A stretch of DNA of 64,000 bases, from assembly GCA_038316135.1 (NCBI GenBank), contig JBBQAL010000001.1:1308-65307 (forward strand). Direction: 5' to 3'. Source of the DNA: Candidatus Nanopelagicales bacterium (lineage in GTDB: Bacteria; Actinomycetota; Actinomycetes; JAHEKZ01). Each line of letters begins with the position of its first letter. Within the stretch, counting starts at the first letter, position 1. The notes beneath the pieces are model-generated. The model ran no database searches and was not told where the DNA came from. It saw only the letters and a program-made list of their open reading frames with translations. The translations under genes were made by a program, and so were the position numbers. This document shows positions 50,063-62,418 of this stretch, piece after piece.

Positions 50063-50763
50063 CCACGCTTGCCACTGAACGCTCGGCGGACGAGCGCCTC
50101 GACCTGCTCACCGAGCAGGTGGCGCTGATCGCCGAGGAGATGCGTCAGCAGCGTCTGCAAAGAGAGCGCTGGGCAGACCTCGTCTCCGACTCCGCACCGG
50201 TCGTAAGCGGCGCATTCGACATGGTGAGTCGCGAGCTCGAGTCGCTCAGTGGAGACGTCACCATCGAGGATGCGGTGCAGTTGGCACGCTCCGTGGCCCG
50301 AGCCGTTCCGACGATGGAGGCTCTGCTGCGACAGTTGGAGTCGCTCAGCACGCTCGGTGGTGAGATCGTCCCGCTCGCCACGCCAGCGATGGCCAGCCTG
50401 ACGTCCGCTCTCCAGGGGCTCGACGACAAGGGCTACTTCACCTTCGCAAAGGGCGGCGCTGACATTGTCGACAAGGTGGTGTCCTCGTTCACCGAAGACG
50501 ACATCGACGCGCTAGGCGACAACGTCGTGCTGATTCTCAACACGGTGAAGGAGATGACGCAGCCCGAGGTGATGACCTTGCTGCAGCGCACGGCGCTGAC
50601 CGCCCAGGACGTTGACGACGAGTTCGCCGAAGCGCCGTCCACTTTCGCTCTGCTCAGACAGATGCGAGACCCACAGACCCGCCGGGGCCTTGGTCGTGTG
50701 ATGACCATGCTCCGCACCATCGGTGCCGAACAGCCGGCGCCGAAGACCGACACAGAGAGGTAA
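50059..50763 (+). CDS. DUF1641-like helical protein
   Basis: ATGA overlap with the SQR-like gene. 234 aa, acidic and helical. The C-terminal half (TEDDIDALGDNVVLILNTVKEMTQPEVMTLLQR) resembles DUF1641 as I recall it. Confidence 0.6.
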   Translation: MTTLATERSADERLDLLTEQVALIAEEMRQQRLQRERWADLVSDSAPVVSGAFDMVSRELESLSGDVTIEDAVQLARSVARAVPTMEALLRQLESLSTLGGEIVPLATPAMASLTSALQGLDDKGYFTFAKGGADIVDKVVSSFTEDDIDALGDNVVLILNTVKEMTQPEVMTLLQRTALTAQDVDDEFAEAPSTFALLRQMRDPQTRRGLGRVMTMLRTIGAEQPAPKTDTER

Positions 50764-50767
50764 GACC

Positions 50768-51082
50768 ATGCCAGTCACGACGATCAACGGCCGCGAGATC
50801 CACGTTGACGACGAAGGTTTCCTGACCGAGTTCGACGAGTGGGACGAAGACCTCGCGAAGGTCCTCGCCGCCAACATCAGCGTCGATCTCACCGACGAGC
50901 ACTGGGTTGCCATCAAGTTCGCCCGCGACGACTACAAGGCGCAGGGTGAGACCCCAACCATCCGTCGAATGTCCTCGGTCGGCGGTGTCGACACCAAAAA
51001 GATGTTCCAGCTCTTCCCGAAGAAGCCAGCCAAGAAGATGTCCTACATCGCTGGTGTCCCCAAGCCCCACGGCTGCGTGTGA
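50768..51082 (+). CDS. TusE/DsrC-family sulfur-relay protein (single C-terminal Cys)
   Basis: ATG 50768. 104 aa. The diagnostic C-terminus is GVPKPHGCV, and no second Cys lies 10-11 residues upstream. Confidence 0.8.
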   Translation: MPVTTINGREIHVDDEGFLTEFDEWDEDLAKVLAANISVDLTDEHWVAIKFARDDYKAQGETPTIRRMSSVGGVDTKKMFQLFPKKPAKKMSYIAGVPKPHGCV

Positions 51083-51111
51083 GCGCGGCAACCAGCGAAG
51101 GAGAGTCAGTC

Positions 51112-51642
51112 ATGACAACCGCAACCCAAGCCCCCCTCATCCCCAACTTTGATGACGACGAGACTGATCGCAAGATCGCCTTCATCTGCAGCAAGGGCAA
51201 CCTCGACATGGCCTACCCGGCCTTGGTGCTCGCCAATGCTGCCCTCGGTGAGGGCATCGAGACGCACCTGTTCTTCACTTTCTGGGGCTTCGACATGATC
51301 ACGAAGTCTCGGATGCACGACCTGAAGTTCAGCCCGGTCGGCAACACCGCGATGCACATGCCCATCGGAGACGTTCGAATTCCTCAAGCGTTGGCGCCAC
51401 TCCCCGGAATGCAGCCGATGGCGACCAAGATGATCAAGGACCAGATCGCCGCACTCGGCGTCCCCGAGGTGCCGGAGTTTCTCGACCAGATCGTTGCCTC
51501 CGGCGGCCACCTGTGGGCCTGCCGCATGTCAGCCGACATGAACAAGCTCTCCGAAGAAGACCTGTACGACGGAGTCGAGGCCATCATCAACGCCTCCGAC
51601 TTCATCGAGATGACCGACGGCGCGCAAATGCTCTTCATCTAG
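51112..51642 (+). CDS. DsrE/DsrF-like (DrsE_2-type) sulfur-transfer family protein
   Basis: ATG 51112 after GAAGGAG. Motifs KIAFICSKGNLDMAYPALVLANAA and GGHLWACRMSADM. Confidence 0.7.
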   Translation: MTTATQAPLIPNFDDDETDRKIAFICSKGNLDMAYPALVLANAALGEGIETHLFFTFWGFDMITKSRMHDLKFSPVGNTAMHMPIGDVRIPQALAPLPGMQPMATKMIKDQIAALGVPEVPEFLDQIVASGGHLWACRMSADMNKLSEEDLYDGVEAIINASDFIEMTDGAQMLFI

Positions 51643-51841
51643 CGCGTCACGCCTGCCGGGCCTGACCTCGACGTCGGGCTCAGCAGGCTCAGGGACGCCG
51701 TTGTGGGGGCTTTGACTGGCACCCCGGGCAACGTGCGGCGGCCCCGGCCGACTCCGTGGGGGAGCCTCCGGCCGGGGCCGCATCCTGTGCGGACGTCGCA
51801 CAGCAGCATTCGGCAACCGCCAGCGCGTTCTAGCGGCCTTT

Positions 51842-51883
51842 GGAAGACGAGACTGTCGTCGGGGCACCCGTGCGGTCTTCCAG
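51842..51883. repeat. 42-nt hairpin-forming element, copy A (ggaagacg-N25-gtcttccag)
   Basis: ggaagacgagactgtcgtcggggcacccgtgcggtcttccag. Shares both ends, the internal gtcgtc and the exact length with copy B. Confidence 0.6.
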
Positions 51884-52027
51884 ACTCCCGGGATGGTCGG
51901 CCGATCGCGTGGGAGCGTCGACGAGCCGTTGCGGCCGCGGTGCATCCCCAGTGCCGCCCACCCGGGTTCGTCCCCAGACGGGCTCGGTGGGGGACACCAT
52001 CGGATCGGAATGCCGCACTCTGCGGCG

Positions 52028-52906
52028 ATGCCTGCTGTGGAAACCGTTTTGACGGTTGCTGATGCCTGTCAGCGCTTTGGCGCGGGTCGCGTCCGTTGGA
52101 TGGTGACGAGCGGTCGCTGGCAAAGCCCTGCCCGTGGTGTGGTCGTGCTCCACTCCGGGCCGATGTCCGCAGATGAGGTCGTCCAGAGTGAGGTCTTCGC
52201 CCATGGGCCGCGAGCGGTCCTGGGGGGTGTCTCCGCGGCTTCAGCGGATGGGCTTCGGGTGCTAGGTGCGCCGGCTGTGCACATTCTCCTTCCGCACGGG
52301 AGCCGCGATCTTCACCGGCCGGGAGTCGTGGTTCATCGAAGCCGGACACTCGGTCAGGCCGACATTCACCCCGCTCGGGCGCCCCGCCGAACACGGTTGC
52401 CGAGGTCCGTGGTCGATGGGGCGTCGTGGGCAGCTACCGACCTCGGCGCGCAGGCATTGCTGGCTTCGGCTGTTCAACAGAAGCTAGTGACCCCGAAAGC
52501 GCTGTCGTCCGTGGTCGAGCGGCTACCCCGACTACTGCGACGAGCGATGATCGCCGAGAACATTCGCGACGTCGCAGGCGGCTCGCTGAGCGAATACGAA
52601 CTGCTCTTCGTCAGGCTCTGCCGTAGGTACCAGCTTCCAACGCCCGATCGTCAGCGCCGAAGACGTGATGCAACAGGACGCTGGCGCTACCTCGATGCTG
52701 AGTTCGACGAAGTGTGCCTCGTCGTCGAGATCGACGGCCAGCAGCACACGGAGGTCCTTGCGTGCTGGGAGGACATGATGAGGGACAACGACCTCGTTGC
52801 TCGGGACGGTAAGTGGGTCATGCGGATTGCTGGCTTCGCGCTGCGACGTGAGCCTGATCGCGTTGCCGACGTCCTGGGGACCTTCTTCGAGCGACACGTG
52901 CCGTGA
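52028..52906 (+). CDS. DUF559 (Vsr-like endonuclease fold) protein with AbiEi_4-like N-terminal domain
   Basis: N-terminal segment: RVRWMVTSGRWQSPARGVVV. C-terminal segment: YLDAEFDEVCLVVEIDGQQH...DMMRDNDLVARDGKWVMRI. Start is uncertain (ATG 52028 chosen; the track ORF starts at 51893). Confidence 0.7.
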   Translation: MPAVETVLTVADACQRFGAGRVRWMVTSGRWQSPARGVVVLHSGPMSADEVVQSEVFAHGPRAVLGGVSAASADGLRVLGAPAVHILLPHGSRDLHRPGVVVHRSRTLGQADIHPARAPRRTRLPRSVVDGASWAATDLGAQALLASAVQQKLVTPKALSSVVERLPRLLRRAMIAENIRDVAGGSLSEYELLFVRLCRRYQLPTPDRQRRRRDATGRWRYLDAEFDEVCLVVEIDGQQHTEVLACWEDMMRDNDLVARDGKWVMRIAGFALRREPDRVADVLGTFFERHVP

Positions 52907-52924
52907 TGACTGACGGCGTCCTGC

Positions 52925-52966
52925 GGAAGACGTTGCCGTCGTCATCGCGGCGGTTTCGTCTTCCAG
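52925..52966. repeat. 42-nt hairpin-forming element, copy B
   Basis: ggaagacgttgccgtcgtcatcgcggcggtttcgtcttccag. Begins 19 nt after the DUF559 stop. 29/42 identical to copy A by my hand alignment. Confidence 0.6.
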
Positions 52967-52981
52967 TGGGGCAGAAGTGAT

Positions 52982-54220
52982 CTACTGGGCGTCGGCGATG
53001 AGCTTTCCGAAGCGGGTGACGCCTTCGACGATGTCGTCATCGCCAAGCGCGTACGACAGCCGCAGGTAGCCCGGTGTCCCGAAAGCTTCGCCTGGGACGA
53101 CCGCCACCTCGGCAACGTCAAGTGCCACGTCAGCAAGCGTGAGCGATGAGTCGATGGTCGTGCCGTTGATGCTCTTGCCGAGAACACCCTTCACCGACGG
53201 GTAGGCGTAGAAAGCGCCATCTGGCTCGGGACACGTGACCCCCGGGATGTCGTTGAGCATCGAGACGATAGTGCGCCGACGCCGGTCGAAGGCGACGCGC
53301 ATCTCGGCGACCGCGTCCAAGGGGCCGGACACGGCTGCGAGTGCGGCCACCTGAGCGATGTTGCTGACGTTGCCCGTGGAGTGGGACTGCAGGTTGGTGG
53401 CGCCCTTGATGATGTCCTTCGGGCCGATGACCCAGCCAACGCGCCAGCCCGTCATGGCGAAGGTCTTGGCCACGCCGTTGACGACCACGCAGCGATCGGC
53501 GATCTCGGGGACGAGAGTGGGCATCGACGAGAAGGTGACGTCGCCGTAGACCAAGTGCTCGTAGATCTCGTCAGTCAACACCCAGATGCCATGTTCGACT
53601 GCCCAGTGCCCGATGGCCGCGATCTGCTCGGCGGAGTAGACCGCGCCCGTGGGGTTCGACGGCGAGCTGAAGATGAGCATCTTGGTGCGTGGGGTACGAG
53701 CCGCCTCAAGCTGCTCGACCGTTGCCCGGTAGCCGGTGTTCTCGTCGGTGATGACCGGAACGGGCACGCCACCGAAGATGGAGATCGCCTCTGGGTAGGT
53801 CACCCAGTAAGGCGCCTGGATGATGACCTCGTCGCCGGGGTCGACCAGGGAAGCGATCGCGGCGAAGATGGCGTGCTTACCGCCATTGGTCACCAGCACT
53901 TGGGACGGCTCGACCTCAAGGCCGGAGTCGCGAAGCGTCTTGACGGCGATGGCTGCGCGCAGTGCCGGCAGGCCCGCAGCCGGGGTGTATCGGTGCCAAC
54001 GCGGGTCGGCCGCGGCCGCCGCGGCCGCTTCGACGATGTAGTCGGGGGTCGGGAAGTCCGGCTCTCCGGCGCCGAAGCCGATCACTGGACGCCCTGCTGC
54101 CTTCAGCGCCTTGGCCTTGGAATCGACGGCGAGGGTGGCCGACTCCGCAATGGCGGCCACTCGGGCAGAGAGGCGGTTGACCGGTGCGGAGGGCGAGGAG
54201 GGCGAGGAGGGCGCAGTCAT
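52982..54220 (-). CDS. aspC: Pyridoxal-phosphate-dependent aspartate aminotransferase (class I)
   Basis: [34 protein letters not shown] (PLP lysine), LRLSY. Confidence 0.88.
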   Translation of the reverse strand: MTAPSSPSSPSAPVNRLSARVAAIAESATLAVDSKAKALKAAGRPVIGFGAGEPDFPTPDYIVEAAAAAAADPRWHRYTPAAGLPALRAAIAVKTLRDSGLEVEPSQVLVTNGGKHAIFAAIASLVDPGDEVIIQAPYWVTYPEAISIFGGVPVPVITDENTGYRATVEQLEAARTPRTKMLIFSSPSNPTGAVYSAEQIAAIGHWAVEHGIWVLTDEIYEHLVYGDVTFSSMPTLVPEIADRCVVVNGVAKTFAMTGWRVGWVIGPKDIIKGATNLQSHSTGNVSNIAQVAALAAVSGPLDAVAEMRVAFDRRRRTIVSMLNDIPGVTCPEPDGAFYAYPSVKGVLGKSINGTTIDSSLTLADVALDVAEVAVVPGEAFGTPGYLRLSYALGDDDIVEGVTRFGKLIADAQ

Positions 54221-54424
54221 AGTTCATTGTCCCACTGGCCGGCTCACCCTAGGCAGGGTGTTCCACGCATCCCTGGTGCGGCCGTACCCGCGGTTCGACG
54301 GCGCCCGCCTCGACCCCGTACACTCACCGCCGGTGGCATTTGCCATGGTTCTGCCATGCCCGGACTCCTGTGAAGACCCTCACAGGACCCTGGCTTTGCA
54401 GACCCGGACCCCTCTGCCACCTGG

Positions 54425-54497
54425 AGGGCAGTAGCTCAATTGGCAGAGTCCCGGTCTCCAAAACCGGTGGTTGGGGGTTCGAGTCCCTCCTGCCCTG
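54425..54497 (+). tRNA. tRNA-Trp (CCA)
   Basis: Acceptor agggcag/ctgccct. Anticodon loop ctCCAaa. T loop ttcgagt. Lies immediately upstream of secE, which is the conserved position. Confidence 0.9.
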
Positions 54498-54560
54498 CAC
54501 GTGGCGACAACCGTCGTCAGGTCAACGCGAGTCCGCCTTGGCGGGCGTGATCTAGGTCAG

Positions 54561-54818
54561 GTGAGGCTGGTGGCTGAGTCGCGCGGGTCGACCGCCACGC
54601 CCGAGCACGGCCAGTCGGCGCAGAAGAAGGGTCTGATCGCCAGGATCTTGCTCTTCTACCGCCAGGTTGTCGCGGAGATGCGCAAGGTCGTCTGGCCGAC
54701 GCGCAACGAGTTGATCACCTACACGATCGTCGTCGTAGTGTTCGTCGCTATGTTTGCCGCGATCGTCCTGGTGTTCGACATCGGCGTTGCCAAGGTTGTC
54801 AGAGCCATTTTCGGCTGA
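54561..54818 (+). CDS. secE: Preprotein translocase subunit SecE
   Basis: Motif [30 protein letters not shown]. Start is GTG 54561 or 54570. The track ORF start at 54471 overlaps tRNA-Trp. Confidence 0.88.
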   Translation: MRLVAESRGSTATPEHGQSAQKKGLIARILLFYRQVVAEMRKVVWPTRNELITYTIVVVVFVAMFAAIVLVFDIGVAKVVRAIFG

Positions 54819-54849
54819 CCGTAGAACTGATCGTCAGGAGTTTCGTACA

Positions 54850-55617
54850 GTGTCCGAGCTTGAAACCGGCGCAACCGTCGACGTGACCGACGACGCACCC
54901 GTCGACGTGACCGACGACGATGCTGTCCAGGTGACGCCAGATGGCGCGACAGCTGAAGGGTCAGTGACCGACGGCGAGCCTGTCGAGGGCGAAGACGCAG
55001 AGTCCGAGCCTGAGGTCGACCCTCGGGAGGAGTTCCGCGAGCACCTGAACAGCCTTCCCGGCGATTGGTACGTCGTGCACTCGTACGCCGGTTACGAGAA
55101 CCGGGTTAAGCACAACCTCGAGAACCGTCGCACGTCGCTGTCGATGGAGGAGTTCATCCACGACGTTCAGGTTCCGCAGGAAGAAGTCATCGAGATCAAG
55201 CAGGGCCAGCGTAAGCAGGTCAAGCGCAACAAGTTCCCCGGGTACGTGCTGGTCCGAATGGACCTCACCGACGAGTCGTGGTCAACGGTTCGGCACACCC
55301 CAGGTGTCACGGGTTTCGTCGGTCATGCACATCAGCCGACTCCGCTCACCTCAGATGAAGTCATTTCGATCTTGTACGTGGAGCCGGAGGCCGCACCAGG
55401 CAAGGCGTCGGCCGGCGGTGGGCTAGCCAAGGCCGAAGCCACGCTTGTCGACTTTGAGGTGGGTGAATCCGTCACGGTCATCGACGGAGCCTTCGCCACG
55501 CTCCCCGCATCGATCAACGAGATCAACCCGGACGCCCAGAAACTGAAGGTGCTCGTGTCGATCTTCGGACGCGAGACGCCTGTCGAGCTCTCGTTCGACC
55601 AGGTTGAGAAGCTCTAA
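54850..55617 (+). CDS. nusG: Transcription termination/antitermination factor NusG (acidic N-terminal extension)
   Basis: GTG 54850 after CAGGAG. Motifs [25 protein letters not shown], and the KOW segment [18 protein letters not shown]. Confidence 0.92.
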   Translation: MSELETGATVDVTDDAPVDVTDDDAVQVTPDGATAEGSVTDGEPVEGEDAESEPEVDPREEFREHLNSLPGDWYVVHSYAGYENRVKHNLENRRTSLSMEEFIHDVQVPQEEVIEIKQGQRKQVKRNKFPGYVLVRMDLTDESWSTVRHTPGVTGFVGHAHQPTPLTSDEVISILYVEPEAAPGKASAGGGLAKAEATLVDFEVGESVTVIDGAFATLPASINEINPDAQKLKVLVSIFGRETPVELSFDQVEKL

Positions 55618-55664
55618 ACCCCCGCCCAGACTGCCCGCAGTTCCCGAAGAGAAGGACCCACGCA

Positions 55665-56096
55665 ATGCCCCCCAAGAAGAAGGTCTCCGGCCTCATCAAG
55701 CTTCAAATTGAGGCTGGCCAGGCCAACCCAGCCCCGCCCGTTGGCCCAGCCCTCGGCCAGCACGGCGTCAACATCATGGAGTTCTGCAAGGCCTACAACG
55801 CGGCGACGGAGTCGCAGCGAGGCAATGTGGTTCCGGTGGAGATCACGGTCTACGAAGACCGCTCCTTCACCTTCATCACAAAGACTCCTCCCGCCGCCAA
55901 GCTCATCCTCAAGGCAGCCGGCCTCGACAAGGGATCCGGCGTTCCGCACAAGGACAAGGTTGGATCGCTGACCCGCGAGCAGGTCCGCTCGATTGCCGAG
56001 CAGAAGATGGCCGACCTCAACGCCAACGACCTCGATGCCGCTGAGAAGATCATCGCCGGTACCGCACGTTCGATGGGCGTCACCGTCAGCGAGTAG
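55665..56096 (+). CDS. rplK: 50S ribosomal protein L11
   Basis: [45 protein letters not shown]. Confidence 0.97.
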   Translation: MPPKKKVSGLIKLQIEAGQANPAPPVGPALGQHGVNIMEFCKAYNAATESQRGNVVPVEITVYEDRSFTFITKTPPAAKLILKAAGLDKGSGVPHKDKVGSLTREQVRSIAEQKMADLNANDLDAAEKIIAGTARSMGVTVSE

Positions 56097-56228
56097 CTCG
56101 TAATACCTTCCAAGTTCCAAGCACGAAGCAGTTGGTACGACAGCAATCGGCAAGCGTGGGAGGGCCGCCGGCCCAGTCACCACAACTGACGGCGCCGCTT
56201 ACGAGCGGCCCAGAATGGAGTCAGAGTT

Positions 56229-56942
56229 ATGAAGCGAAGCAAGGGTTACCAAGCTGCAGCAGCCAAGATCGAGGCCGACAAGCTGTACGCACCTCTGGAC
56301 GCAGTGCGTCTGGCAAAGGACACTTCGCCGATGAAGAACCCGGCAACGGTCGAGGTTTCCATGCGTCTAGGCGTTGACCCGCGCAAGGCCGACCAGATGA
56401 TCCGGGGAACGGTCAACCTGCCGCACGGAACGGGTAGGACGGCTCGAGTCATCGTCTTCGCCGCAGGCGAGAAGGCCGAGCAGGCACGTGCTGCTGGCGC
56501 CGACGAGGTCGGCTCCGACGACCTGATCGAGAAGGTATCCGGGGGCTGGACCGACTTCGACGCTGCCGTCGCGACCCCGGACCTGATGGGCAAGGTCGGC
56601 CGCCTGGGCAAGGTGCTGGGTCCGCGTGGCCTAATGCCAAACCCGAAGACCGGAACGGTCACCATGGACGTTGCTAAGGCCGTTGAGGACATCAAGGGTG
56701 GCAAGATCGAGTTTCGCGTCGACCGGCACTCCAACTTGCACCTGGTGATCGGCAAGACGTCCTTCAGCGAGGAGCAGTTGGTGGAGAACTACGCCGCGGC
56801 CCTTGAGGAAATCCTTCGGCTCAAGCCCTCCAGCGCCAAGGGCCGCTACATCAGGAAGATCGCGCTCTCGACCACGATGGGTCCTGGGATCCTGGTCGAC
56901 CCGAACCGGACGCGCAATGTCACGGGTGACGACAACGCCTGA
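56229..56942 (+). CDS. rplA: 50S ribosomal protein L1
   Basis: [10 protein letters not shown]...; motifs [10 protein letters not shown] and [16 protein letters not shown]. Confidence 0.97.
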   Translation: MKRSKGYQAAAAKIEADKLYAPLDAVRLAKDTSPMKNPATVEVSMRLGVDPRKADQMIRGTVNLPHGTGRTARVIVFAAGEKAEQARAAGADEVGSDDLIEKVSGGWTDFDAAVATPDLMGKVGRLGKVLGPRGLMPNPKTGTVTMDVAKAVEDIKGGKIEFRVDRHSNLHLVIGKTSFSEEQLVENYAAALEEILRLKPSSAKGRYIRKIALSTTMGPGILVDPNRTRNVTGDDNA

Positions 56943-57181
56943 CTAGACACCCCGTTTTGACCAGCTAACGGCCGACCCCGTACGCTGAGGCCACCAAAGA
57001 CCGCTGGTCACCTGAGGGCTCGTCCCGCAGGTCGAAGGCCCGCAAGAGCGGGCGGCCCGCCCAGGTAAACGAGAGTCCTGCCCAGACGCTACGTGCGTCC
57101 GGTCACGCCCCGTGCGCCTGCGCCGGGGCGTTCGTCGTTGTGAGGGCCCGGATCCAGCGATCCGACCACGTAAGGAGATCC
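56943..57181 (+). promoter_or_regulatory. Probable rplJ-rplL 5' leader (L10(L12)4 autoregulatory leader region)
   Basis: 239-nt ORF-free GC-rich spacer containing several self-complementary stretches (e.g. ggcccgcaagagcgggc, gcgcctgcgccggggcg). L10 leaders are an established class. I did not derive a fold. Confidence 0.35.
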
Positions 57182-57886
57182 ATGGCGCGGGCTGACAAAG
57201 CAGCTGCCGTTGCAGAGCTTGCGGGACACTTCCGCGACTCCTCCGGCGCCGTGCTCACCGAGTACCGCGGTTTGAGCGTGAAGCAGCTCAAAGAGCTGCG
57301 CACCGCTCTCGGTGGGAACGCCACCTACGCCGTGGTGAAGAACACGCTGACCAAGATCGCGGCCAAGGACGCCGGGGTTGAGGGGCTGAGCGACATGCTC
57401 GTCGGCCCATCGGCTATCGCTTTCATCACTGGTGACCCGGTGGAGACGGCGAAGGGTCTGCGTGACTTTGCCAAGGCCAACCCCGAGTTGCTGATCAAGG
57501 GCGGTGTGCTCGACGGTAAGTCGCTCACTCCGGCCGAGATCGACAAGTTGGCATCGCTTGAGTCGCGCGAGGTCCTTCTCGCCAAGCTCGCCGGTGCCAT
57601 GAAAGCGTCGCTGTCTGGCGCTGCCGCGCTCTTTGCCGCTCCGCTGTCGCAGACAGCGCGCGTCTTGGGCGCACTGCAAGAAAAAGCACAGCAAGACCCG
57701 TCGGTCCTCGCAGGCGGTGCCGGTACGCCGGCTCCCACCACAGCACCGACCCCAGAAGTTGAGGAGGCTCCCGCTGAAGCGGACGCCGCTCCAACCGCTG
57801 AGGTCGAGGCACCCGTTGACGGGGCCCCAGAAGCAGAGGCACCAGCCGCTGCCGCTGAGGCCGAGGAGACAACCCCCGAGGGCTGA
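57182..57886 (+). CDS. rplJ: 50S ribosomal protein L10 with ~60-aa Pro/Ala/Glu-rich C-terminal tail
   Basis: ATG 57182 after AAGGAG: [36 protein letters not shown]. The tail is ...[30 protein letters not shown]... Confidence 0.93.
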   Translation: MARADKAAAVAELAGHFRDSSGAVLTEYRGLSVKQLKELRTALGGNATYAVVKNTLTKIAAKDAGVEGLSDMLVGPSAIAFITGDPVETAKGLRDFAKANPELLIKGGVLDGKSLTPAEIDKLASLESREVLLAKLAGAMKASLSGAAALFAAPLSQTARVLGALQEKAQQDPSVLAGGAGTPAPTTAPTPEVEEAPAEADAAPTAEVEAPVDGAPEAEAPAAAAEAEETTPEG

Positions 57887-57949
57887 CCGCCCGGTAGGAA
57901 CCCCATCAAACAGAGGCCCCCGGGCCGACGACATGGAAGGACGCCGATC

Positions 57950-58339
57950 ATGGCGAAGATGAGCACCGATGAACTCCTCGACGCGTTCAAGGAGATGACG
58001 CTGATCGAGTTGAGCGAGTTCGTTAAGCAGTTCGAAGACACCTTCGACGTCACAGCTGCTGCCCCAGTCGCCGTCGCCGCCGCACCAGCGGCCGGTGGCG
58101 CTGGAGGCGGCGAAGTTGCCGCTGAGCAGGACGAGTTCGACGTCGTCCTCGAAGCTGCTGGCGACAAGAAGATCCAGGTCATCAAGGAGGTGCGTGCCCT
58201 CACGAGCCTCGGCCTGAAGGAAGCCAAGGACCTCGTCGAGAGCACTCCTAAGCCTGTCCTGGAAAAGGTTGCCAAGGACGTTGCCGAGAAGGCCAAGGAG
58301 GCCCTTGAGGGCGCCGGCGCCACGGTGACCCTGAAGTAG
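57950..58339 (+). CDS. rplL: 50S ribosomal protein L7/L12
   Basis: [32 protein letters not shown]...KEAKDLVE...GATVTLK. Confidence 0.97.
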   Translation: MAKMSTDELLDAFKEMTLIELSEFVKQFEDTFDVTAAAPVAVAAAPAAGGAGGGEVAAEQDEFDVVLEAAGDKKIQVIKEVRALTSLGLKEAKDLVESTPKPVLEKVAKDVAEKAKEALEGAGATVTLK

Positions 58340-58355
58340 CACTTCAAGCACCCAT

Positions 58356-58389
58356 CGAACGGCCTGCCCCCCAGGGGGTGGGCCGTTCG
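58356..58389 (+). terminator. GC-rich hairpin after rplL (cgaacggcc-N16-ggccgttcg) followed by gcgTTTcc; attenuator/terminator candidate
   Basis: Read directly. 17 nt after the rplL stop. The short T tract is typical of actinobacterial terminators. Confidence 0.5.
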
Positions 58390-58865
58390 GCGTTTCCGGA
58401 GGCACTCGGCCGACCTCCATCGCGACAACCGGGGACGGGTGGCGCCCATCGGCAAACAGGTCACAACCCGGCCGATGTGCTTGACGCGCCCGGGGTTCTG
58501 GCCTCATAGTCGTCGCCAGTGCTCGTTGCGTACCCGAGTCGACGTGCCCCTCCGGGGGTGGCGATGACCCTGGACGTCCGACCAGGTCGACCCAGCAAGG
58601 TTCGACCGAAGGAGGCGCGACTGGACAGCCGCGGCCGCATGCCGCTATGCTGTCGCTTTGCGCTGCCCTGACCCCTCATCTCAGTTTGTTCACTTCGTGT
58701 GCCCCGAGCGCGCGTGCCCTGTGCCTGCAGTCCGGTTGCTGAGCCCTGACCGACTGTCAACACGGTGTGCACCTGCCTGCAAGGCGTCCGGAGCGGCCCT
58801 GCTGGACCCGCGGAGCGGGGGTCCGACCGGCTGCGCGCGGTAAGTCGAGCCTGGAAGGACGCCTC

Positions 58866-62336
<3,471 letters not shown>

Positions 62337-62418
62337 GGTTGTGCCGGAGCACGCAATTTGCTCCGGCCACCTACAGGCAGCCCTGACGACGACTAGATCC
62401 AAGAAGGACTGGTAAAAC

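Noticed and set aside
51639-52394. 251-aa minus-strand ORF (and the 119-aa plus ORF 51703-52062) in the dsrE-like/DUF559 spacer
   Set aside because: The products are Arg/Pro/Gly-rich low-complexity sequences. The minus ORF overlaps the DUF559 gene antisense. No start context and no motif. I treat 51643-52027 as non-coding and structured.
57089-58507. 472-aa and 379-aa minus-strand ORFs
   Set aside because: Antisense to rplJ and rplL. Low-complexity products. Shadow frames.
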